Shown here: positions 30,570-44,949 of the stretch, piece after piece | Position numbering within the stretch: position 1 is the first letter of the stretch | Layout of the letters: the number at the start of each line of letters is the position of its first letter | Translations under genes and position numbers: made by a program | NCBI RefSeq assembly: GCF_009914755.1 | Contig: NC_060935.1 | Source: the human T2T-CHM13v2.0 reference genome, Homo sapiens | DNA length: 64,000 nucleotides | Strand: one strand, 5' to 3' | The notes under the pieces: model-generated | Database searches by the model: none | What the model saw: only the letters and a program-made list of their open reading frames with translations | What the model was told of the DNA's origin: nothing

Positions 30570-30875
30570 TTTTTTTTTCTTTTCTTTTCTTGAGACGGAG
30601 TTTCGCTCTTGTTGCCCAGGCTGCAGTGCAGTGGCGCGATCTCGGCTCACTGCAACCTCCACCTCCCAGGTTGAAGCGATTCTCCTGCCTCAGCCTCCCA
30701 AGTAGCTGAGATGACAGGCGCCTGCCACCACGCCTGGCTAATTTTTTGCATTTTTAGCAGAGACAGGGTTTCACCATGCTGGGCAGGCTGGTCTCAAACT
30801 CTTGACCTCAGGTGATCTGCCTGCCTTGGCCTCTCAAAGTGCTGGGATTACAGGCGTGAGCCACCGCGGCCGGCC
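30570..30875 (-). mobile_element. AluS (Sq/Sx-like)
   Basis: Alu consensus; TSD aacagcatctt. Confidence 0.95.
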
Positions 30876-31719
30876 AGCAACAGCATCTTAATAGGAACTG
30901 CTTAGTTTCCAAATACCTAACAGTAAAAAATAAAGCTGATTTATAAGCGTTGCTTGCCATGTGGTCTTTTAAAACTCTGGAATGGAAAACAAACAAACAA
31001 AAAAGAACTCTGGAAAGAATAAAATGATCCCACATCACTACATCACTTAACCAATGATTTGTTTATGTTCTTTTCTGCCAACCTACAAACAATGCTATTT
31101 CTTTGATATGCTAAACTCTACAGGCTAGGTTCCAATGAACAATTTTGGTGTTTTGCTTTCTGAAGCACCTACATACAAGAATAAACTTTTTTTGCCTGGA
31201 ATTCAAAACATATTTTAATATTGTTCATTTTATTAAGCAGCTCAATCAAGATATGAATAGCAGGATCTTCATCTCATAAACAACAATGATTTTTCTTAGA
31301 GGATGCAGAGGTAAGGGGAAGAAACTCATTTCGTAAAATATTGCACCAGTGTGCTTCTGAAATAGCTAAAAAAAGGGACACACGAGAGGGGTAGACCCTG
31401 CGAACATTTTGGCTATGTTTTCAGAGCACTCCAAACTTGGATGAAATTTTGTTATAAATCACCTTGATTAATGGAACACATTTGCTAAAGCGGTTCTGTA
31501 ATAGCTACACAATTCTTAGGACTTGAATAACCCAGCATAGAAAAACTGGCAAGGGAGAAACCCTCAAAAACACTGGCTTGTCTTTCAGAACCAATACTGC
31601 CCCTGATCAGAAATACTTCCCTGTGTTTTTTTAAAAATAATAAAGACAAATACTTTTTAAAGTAAGTATAATTTGATGACATAGGAACAGAATAGATAGG
31701 CAAAGGGTATTCTGAAAGA

Positions 31720-31960
31720 AGTAGTAGTGGCATCGTGAGGGTTACAGATTCTGAAGCCACTATATGTGTTTCAATCCTAATTCTTCCTCTCACTGTTCGA
31801 AATTGGGCAATTTATTTAGCCTCCTTCTTTAGATTACCTATCAGTAAAATACTGTTACCTACTCATCGGGTTGCTGTTGTGATAATTAAATAAGTTAACC
31901 TTTGAAAAGATTCTCAACAGTATGGAGGAAGTACAAAATAAGTGCTGACCAAGATTATTA
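31720..31960 (+). mobile_element. MIR
   Basis: ttcaatcct...ttgggcaatttatttagcctc...ctatcagtaaaat. Confidence 0.6.
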
Positions 31961-32056
31961 GAATGATGTACTGTATACTTATAAATTTGTCCAACAAAAG
32001 TGAATGGAATACACCTGGAACAAAATGGCAATGTCATATAATTTGCACATTTATCA

Positions 32057-32465
<409 letters not shown>

Positions 32466-33429
32466 AAAAACAAAATTCAATGAATATTTTCCTTGAATAG
32501 AACATTTAAAAAATTTACATCTTACAGTGCTGGTTATCTTCTCTGATTACTTAGCAAAGACTTTATCTGAATCCTTTTGTACAGACATCCTCCTCTAATA
32601 ACTCTTAAAAAGAAATCAACAACAATGATATGGCATTTAAATACATAGAGGATGCTATTTATTTGTTCTGTCTGTTGATATCATTTCTGCTTTCAAGTAC
32701 ACACATGATGCTAAAGTAATTTAGAAGTGACTAGAATATCTCAGGAAATGCTAATAGTCATATGAAGGTGAAACTAAATGGAAAATCAACCCTTTTTAAG
32801 AAGAGGATACAGTGTCCGTAGAAAAATATGTTACCTGACAGCACACTATCATCTTTAACACTGTTATCACCATAAGTTAACAATTACTGCGTATTTAGCA
32901 TTGTAGTAATAAATATCAAAAACACTTGTACAGCTGAACCACAGTCTATTACAAAATGGTAAATAAATAAGATTGATTATTTAAAAGTCAAACTTACTTA
33001 TAGGGCAACCAGAGGCTATTACGGTTCAAAATAAATTTACGATGACATTGTAATTATTCAACTATGTGTTTACATTGAGGATGAATATAGAGATAATGTT
33101 AGTTAACAAACAGCTGCATTAATAATTTGATAGTGACACAGAAGATTTACAGTAAAGTAGAAAATTAAGCTATAATTATTCAAGTAAGAAGAGTATATGC
33201 TGAGTAAACAAAAGGCCATCTCTTCCCCATAAGCTCTGTTACAGAAGCCATGTGACTGGTGAAAGGAGCTAACACATTCTATCTACTCTTCATTCTTCCA
33301 TTTTACTGTTCTTGCACTTTTTCTAGCTGTACAGGCAAGGTGGTTGTATACAATTTCAATACACACAATTTCGATTATCAAAATTTAAATAGGATGTTAT
33401 TATTTTGTCAGACTTCCCCCTAATAGTGG

Positions 33430-33890
33430 AAAATCTTTCTAAGCCAGGATCCCAAATCCATTTAGTTATCATGTCTCCTTTGTCTGTTCCAATCAATGAC
33501 AGGGCCTCAATCTTTCCATGTTTTTTATGACCTTGACATTTTTGAAGAGTATTGATCAGTTATATTGTAGAATGACCCTCAATTTGATATTGTCTTATGT
33601 TTTCTCATGAGTAGATTGAGGTTGTAACTTTTTTTTCCTGCAAGTGCCCTTCTTGGTGCTTCAATCCAGAGGCTACCTTATGTTGATATGTAGTGTTATG
33701 ATGATGAAGATAACTCAGTTAAAGTGGTGCCTGACAGGTTTCACCTCTAAGGTTTTTTCCCTTTGTAATAAATATTTTGGGAGAGATAAGTTCAGATTAT
33801 GTAAAATTCTATTTCTCCTCAAACTTTGTCCAATAATTTTAGCATCCACTGGTAAATTTTGCCTGTAACAATTATTACTAAGATGTTTAT
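33430..33890 (-). mobile_element. L1MC-like 3' fragment
   Basis: catttagttatcatgtctcc, ttttatgaccttgacatttttgaagagta, tagaatgaccctcaattt. Confidence 0.65.
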
Positions 33891-34083
33891 GCAGGGTTTT
33901 AAAAGTAACTAAAATACATGAAATATAACGGCTGAATTGTTCTTGATATAAACATTTAAATTCTACTGGATGCCCTTTTTTCTTACATTCAAAATATGAA
34001 TAAACATTATTTTCTTTTGTCAGCACTCAGTTAATGTTAATCAATTATGACACCAAAAATAACATAATTGAAATGTTACTTAC

Positions 34084-34210
34084 ATAACTATGGCTTTTAA
34101 AGAAATCTGATGGACTAGTGGTGAGGATTTTGTCTCCTTCCAAACCAATTACTCTTTTACAAATATTTGATTTTGGATCACTTGGGCTTTTTGCAATCAC
34201 AATGTCACCT
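34084..34210 (-). CDS. IMMP1L: IMMP1L coding exon 3: (R)GDIVIAKSPSDPKSNICKRVIGLEGDKILTTSPSDFFKSHSY (catalytic Lys83)
   Basis: Acceptor cccctcag|AG and donor TAT|gtaagt; 127 nt; RGD and KRVIG motifs. Confidence 0.98.
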
Positions 34211-34561
34211 CTGAGGGGGAAAAGTCAAAGAAATGTCTGTATTATTTATTAAGCAAAAACACATGCATGGCACTGCTTTAATACTTTTATAAGACAACTT
34301 AAACAAAGCCATAACCTTTATCCTCTCATATACTTACTCTTCCACACATTTACTGGCTTTGAGAACCTTTGTGACTGAATACTTTAGGTGAGAATCCAAC
34401 AATAAGAGTGATAAAAAGGCTATCTAAAATTTCTGATAATTTCAGAAGATTCTAAACTTTCAGATAATTCTACAAGAATTATCTTTTGCATTGTATCCAG
34501 TATGCTTTACTCCTGTGTCCAAATTCTTAGAACCAAAATTGTGGAAAAACAATTCTACATA

Positions 34562-34730
34562 GGCCGGGTACAGTGGCTCACAACTATAATCTCAGCACTT
34601 TGGGAGGCTACGGCAAGAGGATTGCTTGAAGCCAGGAGTTCACGGTTGCAGTGAGGCTAAGATCGTGCCACCATGGGCAACAGACTGAGACCATGTCTCC
34701 AAAAAAAAAAAAAAAAAAAAAAAAAAAACC
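34562..34730 (+). mobile_element. FAM/FRAM monomeric Alu followed by an A-rich tract to about 34800
   Basis: ggccgggtacagtggctcac...gaggattgcttgaagccaggag...gagaccatgtctc, then poly(A). Confidence 0.85.
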
Positions 34731-37420
34731 ACACACACAAAACAAACAAACCAAGAAAAACCCCAAGTGAACCAAAAAAAGAAAAAGAAAAAAAAACCCT
34801 CCACACAATTCTATATAAATACTAACAAATTAAGTAAATAAATATTGCGGTCCAGCCAGTAGCACTGATTGACTCTAGAGCACACTAAAAAGGTAAAAGC
34901 ATCATCCATGTTTCCCTAGAACTCAAATAATTGAGGAATGATAGCATGTAAGTCCTATAACCCATATCAAAAGAACTTATATTTGAGAAAAAAAATCAAA
35001 AGATACAACAAAATAAAATGCTAAAAGCTGCCTAAATATACACTCTGAAAAATAAAATGAGATATCAAACATATAAAACCAATAAGGGTCTGATTACATA
35101 CAGAAGTCATGATTTATGGAAGAACTGACAATCTATCTGGTAATAAAAAATAAGAAAGATCCTAAAAAGTGAAAAGGAAGAAAGATAGAACGTAGGACTA
35201 ATGACCACAGTCAAACAGAACACAATACTCTTTCTGCATAAAACGAGCAATATGTGAATTCTGTTGACTAACACACGTTTAAAAGGATTTAACATATTTG
35301 CTTATTAATTGTACCTAGTTCCAGAAATAGTTTAATGAAGCATATGTCAAAATAATATTAAAAGTCATAAGAATAAAAGGAAAATTATGAAGAAATCAGA
35401 AACCTAATAACTGCTCTATAGAAGCATTAAAATGGGTTCTAAACTCTTTGGGAGCCAAGTCAGAAGAAATTAAGACCAGTTACATGGAAATCATTAATTA
35501 ATAAAATAACATTTAGCTTGGGAGGTAAGACAAAATTTTCCCTAACAACTAAATCAAAGAGAAATTCACAAGAAACTTTCTTATATAAGAGAATAAAAGA
35601 TACCATCTTTATCAGAAATTTTACACAGAGTGCAGAAATAGTATTTACAATGATGATCTCTTGAGGCTATTCTTGGTAAGAGTTGAAAGGTAGCAAATCG
35701 TTACATTCTATAATTTGGAGGCAACACAGTGTTGCCTTCTTTTGAAAACAGAATAAAGGTATTTTCTTTCTAACCAACTAGAACCATGTCAGTGGATCTG
35801 TTCAGATGAACAAATTTGCAAAGATTGTAACACGCCATCAAAGTTGATTTTGGGTAGCTTTGGAGGAAGAGACGTTTTTCCATGGGTGTCTAATGAAGCT
35901 TAAGTTCTTTGATCAAATAATCAATATGACCCTTAAAACAAACTTTGCACTCGAATGGCAACATAGAAATCATAATTCAGTCGTGCTGTTTTGTAGAAAG
36001 TAGTATAAATAAACTTTATTTCTGGTAGTCTAACTAGATATATGCATAGCGTTTAGATCAAAATACATATCGGCTGGATTCTTAACTCCTTCAAATAGTT
36101 TTAAAAGGAAGCTTATTAAAAATTTTCTCATTTATATTTATAAACATCCTTATTATTCTACTACACAGTAAGCTTTTGAAAACTAGTGTCAATTATCTCA
36201 TTAATCTTAACATTCTCTATAATGTATGGTACATCTTATAAATTAGGTGCTCACTACTATTTGTTGAAAGAATAAGCAATAGTAAAAATCTGACTGTCTC
36301 AAGGTTGAGTGTTCTGTGCAGTTGACTGAAGAGACATCCATGTGCTTTAGATACTAGATATGCAAACTTTTATTCTTGCCTAAATGGAAGGTTATTTTAC
36401 ATTTAGAAACAGGCAGCTAACAACAGGACACCTTGCCAGGGGTCAAAGATTCCCCTGAAATCTTGAGTTCTGTGCTGTGGGTAAAAGAAAGAGAATACTC
36501 AGGACAGTAATATTTCTTAAGTAAAAGTTACCAGCTGGCTATCTTGGCTCTAAAAGTTACTTTGGTATATCTCATAAATGCCAGATTTTGAGCTGTCCTG
36601 TAACCTGGATGAATAGGGTACAAAATAAGATCTTCAAAGAATCTGAATTCATTTACTGAATGTAGTTATTTGTTTCACTTATCTGAATGCAACGAGTAAT
36701 TTTTTTAAAAATATCAAGCTGTGTATTCAAAAACTATTCAGCCAACAAGTTCATCTCCTCATTCAGGATGCCCAAGGATTATTGTGAATAAAATTATGTC
36801 ACTGGCATGGAACACAGATGCTTGGTTTCATGCTACAGTGGGGCTAGGTCTCCAGTTAATTCAAAGGCTATATAAGGATAATTTGATATAAGTTAAAAAG
36901 AAAAGGGAGCAACAACACAATCTATTATATAAGTTTTATTTTATAATTCCTGTATCTACAATTAAGTATATAGAAGTTGTTATGGGTAAAAGATTTGAAG
37001 AAGAATTACCTAGGGAGCATGCCAAACCATACAGGTTGACCAAGAGAGTTTCTATCTGCAGAATCTAAGGCTGGTGAAAGATCAGTAAATGTAAAGAAAT
37101 GTATTCTTAACAATTTTCAGTAATGTGAAATAGGTTATAGCAAAGGTGAATAGTGAAAGAGAAGTGCCTAAACCTACTTAATATGCCATAAACTAAACAC
37201 TAGCTCAAGGGAATCAAATCTGTAGTTTACTGAAATGAAAGCAGGCATAGATTTTTTTCAGAATTATAAAAAACAAATGGACTCAAAATTTTAGGGTATC
37301 AGAGAGGTGCTCTTTAGAAAATATATTAAATTATTAATACTTGACATTCATTTGGAATAAATCATTCTCATAGAGTTAATTGGAATAAAGGGTATCACAA
37401 GGATTGGAACCACCACTTGA

Positions 37421-37573
<153 letters not shown>

Positions 37574-37704
37574 TAAAAGGTTTAGTGACACACAATATTT
37601 GCCCAGGAGTTATTCAACTTAATATAATTAATCAGGAGACTCATAATATATACAATTCCTGGTTCTCAGCCATATACAATGATGTAATCTAAAAATCATC
37701 AAAT

Positions 37705-38020
37705 GGGCTGGGCACGGTGGCTCACACCTGTAATCCCAACACTTTGGGAGGCTGAGGTGAGCGGATTGCTTGAGCTCAGGAGTTTGAGACCAGCCTGGGC
37801 AACATGGCGAAACCCAGTCTCTACAAAAACTACAAAAATTATCTGGGCGCGGCGAGTATACACCTGTAGTCACAGCTACTTGGGAGACTAAGGGGAAGGA
37901 TCACTGGAGCCCAGGAGGTTGAGGCTGCAGGGAGCTGAGATCGTGTCACTGCACTCCAGCCTGGGAGCCAGAGCAAGACCTCATCCAAAAAATGTATATC
38001 AGAAAATTTAAAAAAATAAA
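37705..38020 (+). mobile_element. AluJ
   Basis: AluJ-type gattgcttgagctcagg; TSD-like aaa(a/c)catcaaa. Confidence 0.9.
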
Positions 38021-38456
38021 AACCATCAAACGGTCATCATAGACTACATATAAAGTAAGATAGCAATCAATAGAACTACAGGATTATTTTTAAAATTAAA
38101 GAACAAAAACATTGATTTGGATCTGTAATGTAATCCCTAAGTTCCTAGTTCTTAACTCAAAATATTCTAAAGCCCAATTAAAAAAGTTAAGCTTACATGT
38201 ATATTGTAAGGGACTGCTAATTATTTTTCAAAATGATGCAAGAGATACAATGACCCAAGACACTGCATATGTTTGAGAAACTATTAAAATTTCTCAAACT
38301 GAAAGAGAATATTTGACTCAAAATTTTATCTAGCTGGTTATTAATATGTTTATTTATGAAAGAGGTTTTAAAGATAAAGTTAAGGAACTGCAGAAAAGCC
38401 ACAATGTGTGTGTGTATTTTCACTGTAAATTTAATATATCCATGACAGAAATTTAC

Positions 38457-38545
38457 CTTTGGATACCATAAAAATGTCGACTAAGATTTTCTGCAAAGAC
38501 AATATCTGAATTTTGAATTGTAGGCTCCATTGATGGTCCAGAACA
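38457..38545 (-). CDS. IMMP1L: IMMP1L coding exon 2: CSGPSMEPTIQNSDIVFAENLSRHFYGIQ(R) (catalytic Ser40)
   Basis: Acceptor ctcttttcag|TGT and donor AAG|gtaaat; 89 nt; G.SM.PT motif. Confidence 0.98.
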
Positions 38546-39139
38546 CTGAAAAGAGAGGTAATTTGTAATCTAAATTCAAAATCTCTTTTAAATTTAACAT
38601 AAATCTTTTAAGCAAGCTTAAAAGAAAGAAAATCAAGCAAATGTTCCTAAAGCTTGGGGGATGATTCATGAAAATTTGGCAGTTCTCAAGTAAGTTCAAC
38701 TCTAGAGTAGCCACTAAGTCTGGAAATATAGACAAATACATTATAAATGGATTATTGCTTTCACATTATAATGCCTGAATAAAACAACATTACCTATGTT
38801 TCCAAATTTAGGCCACCCTATAGAATCTCAGTTCTATGAAGGCAGAGATCTCTCTCATGTTCCTAGCTATATAACCAAAGCCAAGAACAATGTTTGGTAC
38901 AAAATTGATAAACCATACATATTGGTTGAATGAATGGGAGAATAATACATTTTCTTATTACTATCAGATATAATCCAGTGAACATGATGATGATTTACTA
39001 AATGGTATTATACTATTCTCAGTGAGCTTATGCCCATCTTCCTCTTCCAAGAGAATAGCTTACTCATTTCATGGGGCTGCAACTTAAATGTTCTACTGAA
39101 AAATACTAGCATGATGAGATGGACTTTAAAGATTTTCAT

Positions 39140-39250
39140 GGCCAGGCATGGTGGCTCACACCTGTAATCCCAAAACTTTGGAAGAATGACTTGAGGCCAG
39201 GAGTTCAAGACCAAACCTGGCAACCTAAATAGAACCCATCTTTACAATGA
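39140..39250 (+). mobile_element. FLAM
   Basis: Left-monomer sequence; TSD ttaaagattttc. Confidence 0.8.
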
Positions 39251-39304
39251 AGCAATTAAAGATTTTCCTATTTGTATGTCTCAAAACAATAATCTTGATA
39301 TATA

Positions 39305-39665
39305 CAGGTTGAGTGTCCCTAATAAAAAATCTGAAGTCTTAAATGCTCTAAAATCTGAAATGTTCTGAGTGTCTACATGACACCACAAATGGTAAATTCC
39401 ATACCTGACCCCATGTGATGCATCACAGCCAACATGCAGTCAAAATTTTTGTTTCATGCACAAAATTCTTTAAAATAGTGTATAACATTACCTTCAGGCT
39501 ATGCATATAAGGTACATATGAAATATAAATGAATTTTGCGTTCAGACTTGGGTCCCATCCCCAAAATATCTCATTATGTATATGCAAATATTCCAAAATC
39601 CAAAAAAATCTAAAATCCATAACACTTCTGGTCCCAAGCATTTCAGATAAGGGATACTCAAACTC
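39305..39665 (+). mobile_element. Tigger4/MER46-type DNA transposon (second copy)
   Basis: TA-caggttgagtgtccctaat...gataagggatactcaaactc-TA. Confidence 0.85.
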
Positions 39666-39863
39666 TACCTCAGAATCAGAAAAAACTATCATCGCCACTT
39701 TAAAAATCTAAATCCGACAGTCTCCATTTACTCTATTTGTAAATAAAACTTTTTACTCAAAAGTTCCTACTCAGGCAGAAATAGGAGGAAATACAATTAC
39801 AGTTTGTTTGCTACCTTTGGAAGTACCAATCTAACTTACAAAAAAATCAAGAAGGCAAGTTTC

Positions 39864-40162
39864 AGCCAGGTACAGTTGCTCATACCTATAATCCCAGAAC
39901 TTTGGGATGCCAAGGTAGGCAGATCACCTGAGGCCAGGAGTTCGTGCACAGCCTGGCCAACATGGTGAAACGCCATCTCTACTAAAAATACAAAAATTAG
40001 CCAGGCATGGTGATGTGCGCCTGTAGTCCTAGCTACTTGGGAGGCTGATGCATGAGAATTGTTTTGAGCCCAGCAGGCAGAGGCTGCCGTAAACTGAGAT
40101 CACTTGATTGCACTCCAGCCCAGGCAACAGAGCAAGACCCTGTCTCCAAAAAAAAAAAAAAA
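39864..40162 (+). mobile_element. AluS/J
   Basis: Alu consensus; TSD aagaagg..a.tttca. Confidence 0.93.
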
Positions 40163-40489
40163 GAAGGGAAATTTCAGTTAAATATATATATTTCCATTAC
40201 TCCACCTTAACTGGAGGTTATGTGACTGTCAATCTGATAAAGTAAACCTAATTTAAAAAAAAAAACAGTAATAACAACAATAAAAAAAATTGACTGGCTG
40301 GTCAATCAATTTATTCTTTCACTTACATGACAAAAGGCTTGAATCAACAGCCACAGTTTGTAGTTTCCCAATATAATATTAAGAAAAAGTATTAGTTGGG
40401 GATAGGGAAAAACTTTAACATTTTAATATAGACATTAGGCAGAATAATCTGTCTTAATTACAGATGATTAATTTGTTTTAATTACAGTT

Positions 40490-40745
40490 ATTGTGGTTAT
40501 GAGCTGGAATTTTGAAAACTGGACAAATATGTGTTGAAATTTCAAGTTACTTACTAACTGTGGGACCTGGAACAAGTAAATTACTTAAGCTTTCTCAGTT
40601 CATTTCCTCATGTGTATAATGGATTACTAGTAAGTATCTCAAAGAAGTGTAAAAGATTAAATGAGTTAGTAAGTGTAAAACATCAAACATATCCTGAAAC
40701 ACAGTAAATAGGATTCAATAAATGGTAATGACTATTATTGTTATA
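40490..40745 (+). mobile_element. MIR
   Basis: cttactaactgtgggacctggaacaagt, catttcctcatgtgtataatgg, gattaaatgag. Confidence 0.65.
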
Positions 40746-41002
40746 CTATTCAAAAGGACCCTTTGTGCCCATTAGAAACAGAATACAGAAAATATTTAAG
40801 TAATGGTCCTTATACCTTCTATCAGTGCCAATTCAAACACACTCTCTTATTATTCCAATATTTAGAAAGATTTTATGTTTTAACTTTCACAGTTTAGTCA
40901 TTAAATAACTTCAACTAGGTTTTCAAAAGGAAAAACACACTTTCCTTCCATTTGAAAGAAAGTATATATTTAAGATGAATATTCTTGAACATAAAAACTT
41001 AC

Positions 41003-41107
41003 CATGACAACACCACCAACGTATTCAAAAGCACAATGAGCTATACAGCCATATTGAATAGTATAGCCAACAAGTCGAAAGGTTTTCCCCAGAACACCAC
41101 GAAGCAT
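41003..41107 (-). CDS. IMMP1L: IMMP1L first coding exon: MLRGVLGKTFRLVGYTIQYGCIAHCAFEYVGGVVM (the exon extends to 41136 as 5'UTR)
   Basis: Acceptor ccatcag|GCCAAT at 41136; ATG at 41107; donor ATG|gtaagt. Confidence 0.97.
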
Positions 41108-41111
41108 AGTT

Positions 41112-41132
41112 CTATGTAGACTCTGCCACCAT
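41112..41132 (-). promoter_or_regulatory. uORF (MVAEST*) in the IMMP1L 5'UTR
   Basis: ATG GTG GCA GAG TCT ACA TAG within the exon; ends 4 nt before the main ATG. Confidence 0.75.
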
Positions 41133-42119
41133 TGGCCTGATGGTAAATTTCAAAAAGTTTCATGATCAATACTATTTAAAAACACTTAAGAAATAACTAT
41201 TGTAAAATATTTTACAATCACCCAAAATGTACTAAGTGCCTAATACAATTTGGTGCAGGAAACCAAGAGTTTGTTATCAGTTCTAATGATATTTTAAATG
41301 GCAAATTGTAGCCACTAAATATTTTGATTTACCAAAGTTTATATTCAAATGTCACTGGGTCTACATATGAATTATATAATTAGTAGATTATAAACTAGTC
41401 TGTCCCCTTCCATGTCTTGGTTGTTTCTTCTATTAAGGCAGATGCTTAAAAAAGATAGTAACTCTTTCAAAGGACTAATAAAAGTTCCTTGCTATATATT
41501 ACTTCTTGCCATGTAATAGGAAATAATGGAGAAATCACTAGAATAGGAATATGGAGATTCAAGTTTCACATTGGTTATTTTACTAACTTGTATAATCTTC
41601 AACAATTACTTAACCCTTCTGGGGCCTAGTAGAAATACTCTCATAGAATGATTATTAGAATCAAATTCAGCAATGTATGTCAAAGTACTTTATAAAAAGA
41701 TACACTCATTTGTGAGCTATTAACTACTGATGTAACAAAAGGAACACATAAATACTATGAAACAACAGCATAAAGAACCATTTAAAGATTTTTTAAAGCT
41801 ATATAAAATTTTAAAATATTGTTCATCTAAAATATTTCTAATATCTGTCCTTTACTATTTAACTGTTACAACTATGTATCATGCATTTCTTAACTAATAG
41901 CCTAACTCTTAGGCCTAGGCTACAATATACTGTTCTCAGATCAAATTTATTAAAATATATCGATAATAATATGTAACATCTGCTTAACATGTCAAGATTT
42001 ACATATACTATCTCTGTAAGATAGATATTATTACCATCCTCAATTTATAGACAAGAAAAAAAAAGCCTAAGAGTAGTAAAGTAACTTGCTTATTATCATC
42101 ACAAAGTTGGCAAAGGATG

Positions 42120-44900
42120 AAGCCAGTAATAAAAGGTCTCCCAAAAAAGAAAAGCCCAGCATCAGATGGTTTTACCTCTGAATTCTACCAAACATATAAA
42201 AAAGAACCAACACCAATTCTTCTCAAACTATTCCAAAAAACTGGAAATTGAGGGAATTCTTCCTAATTCATTCTACCAGGTCAGCATTGCCCTAATGCCC
42301 AAACCAGATGCAGGAAAAGAGAAACTGTAGGCCAAAATCCCCAATGAGCTCAGATGCAACAATCCTTAACAAAATACTAGCAAACCAAACCCAACAACGC
42401 ATTAAAGAGATAATATACCACGATCAGATGGGATTTATCCCAGGGATGCAAGGATGGTTCAACACATGCCAATCAAACAGTGTGATATATAGCAAATCAA
42501 CAGAATGAAGAACAAAAACCATACAATGATCTCAATAGATGCAGAAAAAGCATTTGATAAATTTCAACATCACTTCACGATACAAACTCTCAAGAAATTA
42601 GGCAAAGAAGGAACATACATCAAAACAATAAAAGGCAATATATGACAAACCCACAGCTAATATCATACTTAATGGGGGAAAAGCTGAAAGCCTGTCCTCT
42701 AAGATCTGGAACAAGACACGGATGCCCACCTTCACCACTCTTATTCAACATAGTAACGGAAGTCACAGCCATAGCAATTAGGCAAAATAAAGAAATAAAG
42801 GGCATCCAAATTGAAAAAGAGGAAGTAACTATCCTGGTTACAGATGACATGATCTTATATATAGAAAAACCTAAAGACTTCACCAAAAATACTTTTAGAA
42901 CTGATAAATGAATTCAATATAGTTGCAGGATACAAAGTCAACATACAAAAATTAGTAGCATTTTATTCACCAGGAATGATCTAGCTGAGTAAGAAATCAA
43001 TGGGATCAATAAAGCAACCCCACCTAAAATGGCTATAAAACATTAAAAATATAACTAGGAATAATTTTACCCAAGGAGGTGAAAGACCTCTACAATGAAA
43101 ACTACAAAAACACTGAAAGAATTGAAGAGGACATAAAAAATAAAAATGGAAAGACAGCCCATACTCATGGATTGGAAGAATTAATATTGTTCAAATGACC
43201 ATACTACCCAATTTGATCTAAAGATTCAATGCAATCTCTATCAATATACCAAAGTCATTTTTCACAGAATTAGAAAACAATCCTAAAATTCATACAGAAC
43301 CACAAGACCCCAAATAACCAAAGCAATATTGAGCAAAATGAATAAAGCTGATGGTATTACACTACCTGACTTTAAAATACACTACAAAGCTATAGTAACC
43401 AAAACAGCATGGTATTAGTATAAAAACACATAGACCAATGGGACACAATAGAGAACCCAGAAATAAATCCATGTATTTACAGCCAACTGATTTTTGACAC
43501 GGTACCAGGAACATACACTGGAGAAAGGACATCTCTTCAATAAATAGTGCTGGAAAATTTGGATATCCACATGTAGAAGGACAAAACTAGTCCCCATATC
43601 TCTAACCATATATAAAAATCAACTTAAAATAAATTACAGACTTATAAATAAGATCAAACTATAATACTATAGGGGAAACACTTCAAGACATTGGTCTAGG
43701 CAAAGATTTTATGGCTAAGAAATCAAAAGAACAGGCAAGAAAAAACAAAAATAGACAAACGGATTTAAACTAAAAAGCTTCTGCACAGCAATGAAAATAA
43801 AGTAAAAAGACAACATGTTGAATGGGAGAAAATATTTGCAAACTATGCATCTGACATGGACTAATATCTAGAATATACAAGGAACCCAACAGCAAAAAAA
43901 CAAATAACCCAATTAAAAAGTGGGCAAATGATCTGAATAGACATTTTTCAAAAGAAAACATAGAAATGGCCAACAAATATATTAAAAAATGCTCAACATC
44001 ACTAATCTTCAGGGAAATGCAAGTCAAAACTATAATCAGGTATCATCTTACCACAGTTAGATTGATTATTATCAAAAAAGACAAAGAAAGTGCTGGCAAG
44101 GATGTGGAGAAAAGAAAATTCATATACCCTGTTAGTGGGAATGTAAATTAGTACAGTCATGGAAAACAGTGTGGAGGTTTCTTTAAAAACTCTAGAGAAT
44201 CAAAAAATAATTCTCTCAATTCTGCTACTGGGTATTAATCCGAAAGAAAGGAAATCAGTATATCAAAGGGATACCTGCATCCTCATGTTTATTGCAGCGT
44301 AGCTACTATTCACAATAGCTAAGACACAGAATCAACCGAAATATCCATCAACAGATGAATGGATAAAGAAAACATGCTATACATACACAATGGAATACTA
44401 TTCAGCCACAAGGAGAATGAAATCCTGTTATTCAAGGCAACATGAATGACCCTGGGGCACATTATGTTAAGAGAAATAAATCTGGCACAGGAAGAAAAAT
44501 ACCTTATGTTTTCACTCATCTGTGGGAGCTTAAAAAAATATTGAGCCTATGGAAGTATAGTGTAGAATTATAGGTATCAGAGGCTGGGAAGGGGAGGTAG
44601 GAGGGGAGAATGAGAAGTTGGTTAATGGACACAAAATTACAGCTAGATAGGAGGAATAAGTTACTGCCTTCTGCAGCACTGTTGGATGAATACGGTTAAC
44701 TATAATTTATTGTATATTTTCAGAAAGGTACAAGAAGATCTTTAATGTTCACAACATAAAGAAATGATGTGTTTGAGGTGATGACTACGCTAATTACCCT
44801 GATTTGATCATTATATACTGTATACATGTAACACAATATCACTGTATCCCATTAATACATACAATTATTACATACCAACTAAATATAAAAGGAAAAACAT
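42120..44900 (+). mobile_element. 5'-truncated L1MA (ORF2 RT/C-terminal remnants plus 3'UTR), inactive
   Basis: ORF fragments ILNKILAN...[15 protein letters not shown] and [16 protein letters not shown]...[12 protein letters not shown]; many stops and frameshifts. Confidence 0.93.
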
Positions 44901-44949
44901 TGAAAGTGAATCTAGAATGTATCTTAGTAGTTGTTGGTTGTAGTATTTT

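Noticed and set aside
42308-42911. Reverse-transcriptase-like ORFs as an active or novel RT system
   Set aside because: Fragments of a 5'-truncated, frameshifted L1MA ORF2.
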